Source: Bacteroidota bacterium (lineage in GTDB: Bacteria > Bacteroidota > Ignavibacteria > Kapaibacteriales > UBA961). From it: a stretch of 64,000 bases of DNA. Position 1 is the first letter of the stretch, and every line of letters starts with the position of its first letter. This document shows positions 60,939 through 64,000 of this stretch, piece after piece. Below the pieces are notes generated by a model that worked only from the letters and a program-made list of their open reading frames with translations, searched no databases and was not told where the DNA came from. The DNA lies in NCBI GenBank assembly GCA_049317525.1, contig JBMOIC010000002.1, forward strand, positions 67,912 through 131,911. Direction: 5' to 3'. Both the position numbers and the translations under genes were made by a program.

Positions 60939-61679
60939 TTAAATAGACAATTTCTTAAAAATAAATTCAGGCAAGTCTTTGATAATTCTCATGATAAATC
61001 GCCAATAGAAAGGAACATAGATACTATCCTTACGATTAATCATCCCTTTATATATGATATTTGCAGCTGATGTTGAACTAATAAATAAGGGGCTTTTGGG
61101 TAAATGTGATGTCATAGGTGTTTCTATTAAACCAGGCTTTACTGTCATAACATGAATATTATGCGGAGCTAATCTACCTCTCAAGCCAGACATTAGCGAA
61201 GTAAATGCTGATTTTGCGCTACCATACATATATATTGTTTTGCGACCTCTTTCCCCTGCTACCGATGAAATCCCTATAATTTGTCCTTTTTGTCTTTTTT
61301 CAAAATACTCTGCACATAATAATGCTGGAATGGCCATACTTTCAAAATTCAAGAAGAATTCATCTAATGCATAATCTATATCTGTATTTGCTTTCAATTG
61401 ATCAGTTAATGATCCTTGTGCAAGGATAAGTGTATCTATTTCTTTAAGCATTAACAATGCTTCCTTGAATGTATGCTTTAAAGACTCTTTATTCAAAAAG
61501 TCGCATAGAAAACATTCAGCAGATTGCGCTCCTCTACTTTTTAAATCTTTACATACAGTATCGAGTCTATCTTTATTTCTTCCTATCAATACAAAAGAAC
61601 ATTCTTCATTTTGTGCAAGAAGTCTAGTCAATTGATGAGCTATTTCAGATGTTGCTCCATATACAACGATTCTTTTCAT
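60939..61679 (-). CDS. short-chain dehydrogenase/reductase (SDR) family oxidoreductase
   Basis: N-terminal glycine-rich loop VYGATSEIAH and a YGSAK catalytic Y-x3-K. 246 aa. Confidence 0.8.
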   Translation of the reverse strand: MKRIVVYGATSEIAHQLTRLLAQNEECSFVLIGRNKDRLDTVCKDLKSRGAQSAECFLCDFLNKESLKHTFKEALLMLKEIDTLILAQGSLTDQLKANTDIDYALDEFFLNFESMAIPALLCAEYFEKRQKGQIIGISSVAGERGRKTIYMYGSAKSAFTSLMSGLRGRLAPHNIHVMTVKPGLIETPMTSHLPKSPLFISSTSAANIIYKGMINRKDSIYVPFYWRFIMRIIKDLPEFIFKKLSI

Positions 61680-61686
61680 ACATTCT

Positions 61687-63732
61687 TTAATAAGTTGGAG
61701 TAATAATATGCGTTGTTAATAAAGCATTGTTTTTAAAAATTGCAAGTGCTGTCCATGAACTTAAGTGAACGATATGTGGAAGTTCATTTATCAAATAATT
61801 TCCCTCTGGTAGAGCTAAAGTATTATTACTAATTAAGCCTCCCTGAATATCATATTGATATATAGTAAGTATCTCTCCAGCTTTTACTTCTAAGTGATCA
61901 TTAATATTTGTCGAGTGCTGTTCTTCAACAAGCATTGGATATGCATGTTTAGGTAATAGATTCGTATCGATCCCACATGGATAAATTTCTTGATTGATAG
62001 AAATAGCTACTGTAGAATCATATCCAGGTAAAAGAACAGGATATCGTCTTTTTCTGAATTCCGAATCCTTTACGTCTACATAACATGAAATTGTATTATT
62101 CTTTATTTGATTATGGGGTATATCTGCAGCAAATAAATGTGGAGTATCAGTTGGATATAAAGTATACAATTGCAATCTATTTGAATTATAGACGCTAAGT
62201 TTTGGATTCACAATTGCTGTTTTGGACATGATATAACATGCAACTCTCTGGATATTATTAATGGGATACGTAATAAAAGGTGATACGATTATACCAGCTT
62301 CTAGCATTGCTTGTTTAACATTAGCTAAGCCATAACCAATAGCATTGTTTTTTTCATTTGCATTCTTTGCTGTTGCATAAAAAACACGTCTTACTTCACT
62401 TGAAGTTAATTCTGGAAATGCAGACAATAAAAGACCACTTATACCAGCCATCAAAGGAGTAGCTAAAGAAGTGCCATTTGCAGCTGTTAACTTTGTTGTA
62501 TCATTATATTGGATACAAATTACTCCAACACCTTGGGTAGCTATATCAGGTTTAATTTTACCGTCGCCTCTGGGGCCTCTAGAAGTAAATCCAGCAATAG
62601 TAGTATCTGGAGCTAATGCAGCAACAGCAATAACACTATCAGCATCAGATGGAGTTATCAGCGTACTATCTTTTGGACCATCATTTCCTGCAGCTGTTAA
62701 ACAAACAACTCCTCTTTTTACAGCTTTATTTACCCATTTGGAGGTAATTGTTGTTTTGCCATCAAAGTCTGCAAACAGATAATTTTCTTCATCTGGTTGA
62801 TTAAATACACTGTATCCCAATGATGATGTAACAATATCAGTTCCTTGAGATTCTGTCCATTCAATAGCTGCTGCATAATTATCTTCTTCAAGATGCTGCT
62901 CTGTGGGTATATCTTCAGTTTTTGCCAACAAAAAAGAAGAGTGAGGCGATATTCCAATCAATGAATCTTGAAGAAATCCAGAAACAGTTGAAAAACAAAT
63001 TGTTCCGTGATTATCTTGTCCCTCAACATCCCCAGGTTGATTTTCAGTGATGGAATCTAATTGAATATAGTCTCTTTCATCTAGTACTTGTGCATTTTTA
63101 GTAGCAAAATGTTGTTTCCATCTAAAGCCTGAATCCAAAAAGGATATTAAAGCATCTTTCCCTGTAATACCCATAGAGTGAACAAAAGGTACTTGTAGTA
63201 AAGCCGCTTGATTATATGAAGGGCCATATCGGAAAATTCCGCAATTATCAATGTTTGGTGTAATAACTTTTAGATTATTAATTGGATCTTTGATAAAAGT
63301 AGAATTTTTACTAAGCGTTTTTTGTTGTGGAAACAGTTTATTAGCTGTTCTTTGTATATTCTTTACAAATGATAATTTCTTTACTGCGTTCATCTGATTT
63401 GAATCTGCGCTAACAACTACATAATTACCCCATCGTAAATGTAATCGAACACGGTTCACATATGTTTGCAGAGTATCTAGATAAGGTTGATAAATAGGCG
63501 CATCTTCAATTGTAAAAACCAATGAATCTGGATTATTTTTTAATCTTCGATTTTTGGACTTTTCTGTATGTAAAGCCTCGGTGCTTATATATAAAGGAGA
63601 TCCACTCTTAAACTCGGAAGTACCTTTATCTTTTAAAAAAATACGCCAATACAAGCTGTTTTGAGCATGCATTTGTATTGAGTATAATGACTGAACAATC
63701 ACACATAAAATGAGAATATTTTTAATAGACAT
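61687..63732 (-). CDS. secreted S8-family (subtilisin-like) serine peptidase
   Basis: Signal peptide. Catalytic residues in S8 order: Asp (…FLDSGF…), His (HGTICFSTVSG) and Ser (GTSLATPLMAGISGLL). Confidence 0.85.
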   Translation of the reverse strand: MSIKNILILCVIVQSLYSIQMHAQNSLYWRIFLKDKGTSEFKSGSPLYISTEALHTEKSKNRRLKNNPDSLVFTIEDAPIYQPYLDTLQTYVNRVRLHLRWGNYVVVSADSNQMNAVKKLSFVKNIQRTANKLFPQQKTLSKNSTFIKDPINNLKVITPNIDNCGIFRYGPSYNQAALLQVPFVHSMGITGKDALISFLDSGFRWKQHFATKNAQVLDERDYIQLDSITENQPGDVEGQDNHGTICFSTVSGFLQDSLIGISPHSSFLLAKTEDIPTEQHLEEDNYAAAIEWTESQGTDIVTSSLGYSVFNQPDEENYLFADFDGKTTITSKWVNKAVKRGVVCLTAAGNDGPKDSTLITPSDADSVIAVAALAPDTTIAGFTSRGPRGDGKIKPDIATQGVGVICIQYNDTTKLTAANGTSLATPLMAGISGLLLSAFPELTSSEVRRVFYATAKNANEKNNAIGYGLANVKQAMLEAGIIVSPFITYPINNIQRVACYIMSKTAIVNPKLSVYNSNRLQLYTLYPTDTPHLFAADIPHNQIKNNTISCYVDVKDSEFRKRRYPVLLPGYDSTVAISINQEIYPCGIDTNLLPKHAYPMLVEEQHSTNINDHLEVKAGEILTIYQYDIQGGLISNNTLALPEGNYLINELPHIVHLSSWTALAIFKNNALLTTHIITPTY

Positions 63733-63858
63733 CGAGATACTAATAAAATGTAGAAAGAATATATTTACGGCACATAAAGTGATAAATACTTTAATATATC
63801 ATAATAATAACCTAACAAATTAGGCATTTTAAGAATTAACATAATACTTACATAGAAT

Positions 63859-64000
63859 ATGACAGAAAGATTTTCATTCCAATATCAAGCAGTTTGGTCT
63901 AAAGCTAATGTATATGGAATCATCATTGCCAAAGGAAAAGATACATTAGACTTACTCCATAGAATATCAACTAATAATTGTAATACTTTACAATCATTAG
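63859..64000 (+). CDS. 5' end of a folate-binding YgfZ/GcvT-family protein (partial, continues beyond the window)
   Basis: The ATG at 63859 opens MTERFSFQYQAVWSKANVYGIIIAKGKDTLDLLHRISTNN…, which resembles the G-x-D-x3-(F/L)L-x-x-x-T-N-D start of YgfZ/aminomethyltransferase-like proteins. Confidence 0.4.
   Translation, partial: MTERFSFQYQAVWSKANVYGIIIAKGKDTLDLLHRISTNNCNTLQSL

Noticed and set aside
62471-62957. ORFs 62471..62782 (+) and 62730..62957 (-) inside the S8 peptidase gene
   Set aside because: Antisense or out-of-frame. The S8 frame carries the Asp/His/Ser catalytic motifs.

Overview
This 64 kb window is densely coded and visibly AT-rich. It most likely comes from a Bacteroidetes/Chlorobi/Ignavibacteria-type (FCB-group) bacterium. 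Evidence: T9SS C-terminal sorting domains on two secreted proteins, SprB-type repeats, an ExbB-ExbD-ExbD-TonB locus with a PstS-like/TPR tail, and a Chlorobi/Bacteroidetes LDH-like malate dehydrogenase. Most genes are housekeeping: an Rrf2-sufBCDS Fe-S assembly operon, birA, prmC, carB, ftsY, pgsA, pssA, coaE, a 2-oxo-acid dehydrogenase E2, mdh, rlmD, proS, ribH, acs, ftsK, kdsA and ade. Accessory or unusual content is listed below.
1. A two-gene minus-strand module encodes an outer-membrane porin whose mature part carries a single N-terminal CXXCH heme motif (Cyc2-like fused cytochrome-porin). It is followed by a Tat-signal high-potential Rieske 2Fe-2S protein. This may be an outer-membrane electron-transfer module, possibly for Fe(II) oxidation, and is the most interesting candidate.
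2. A tight five-gene operon of secreted proteins pairs DUF1800 and DUF1501. The DUF1501 protein combines a twin-arginine signal with a T9SS C-terminal domain.
3. A small secreted His/Cys-rich protein, a TonB-dependent receptor and a lipoprotein form a triad.
4. An S8 peptidase, an SDR and a GT-C membrane glycosyltransferase form an operon.
5. Several structured intergenic elements are present: intrinsic terminators and perfect palindromes.
No rRNA, tRNA, CRISPR array or obvious mobile element was seen. All functional calls rest on motif-level reading of the translations and could not be checked by database search.
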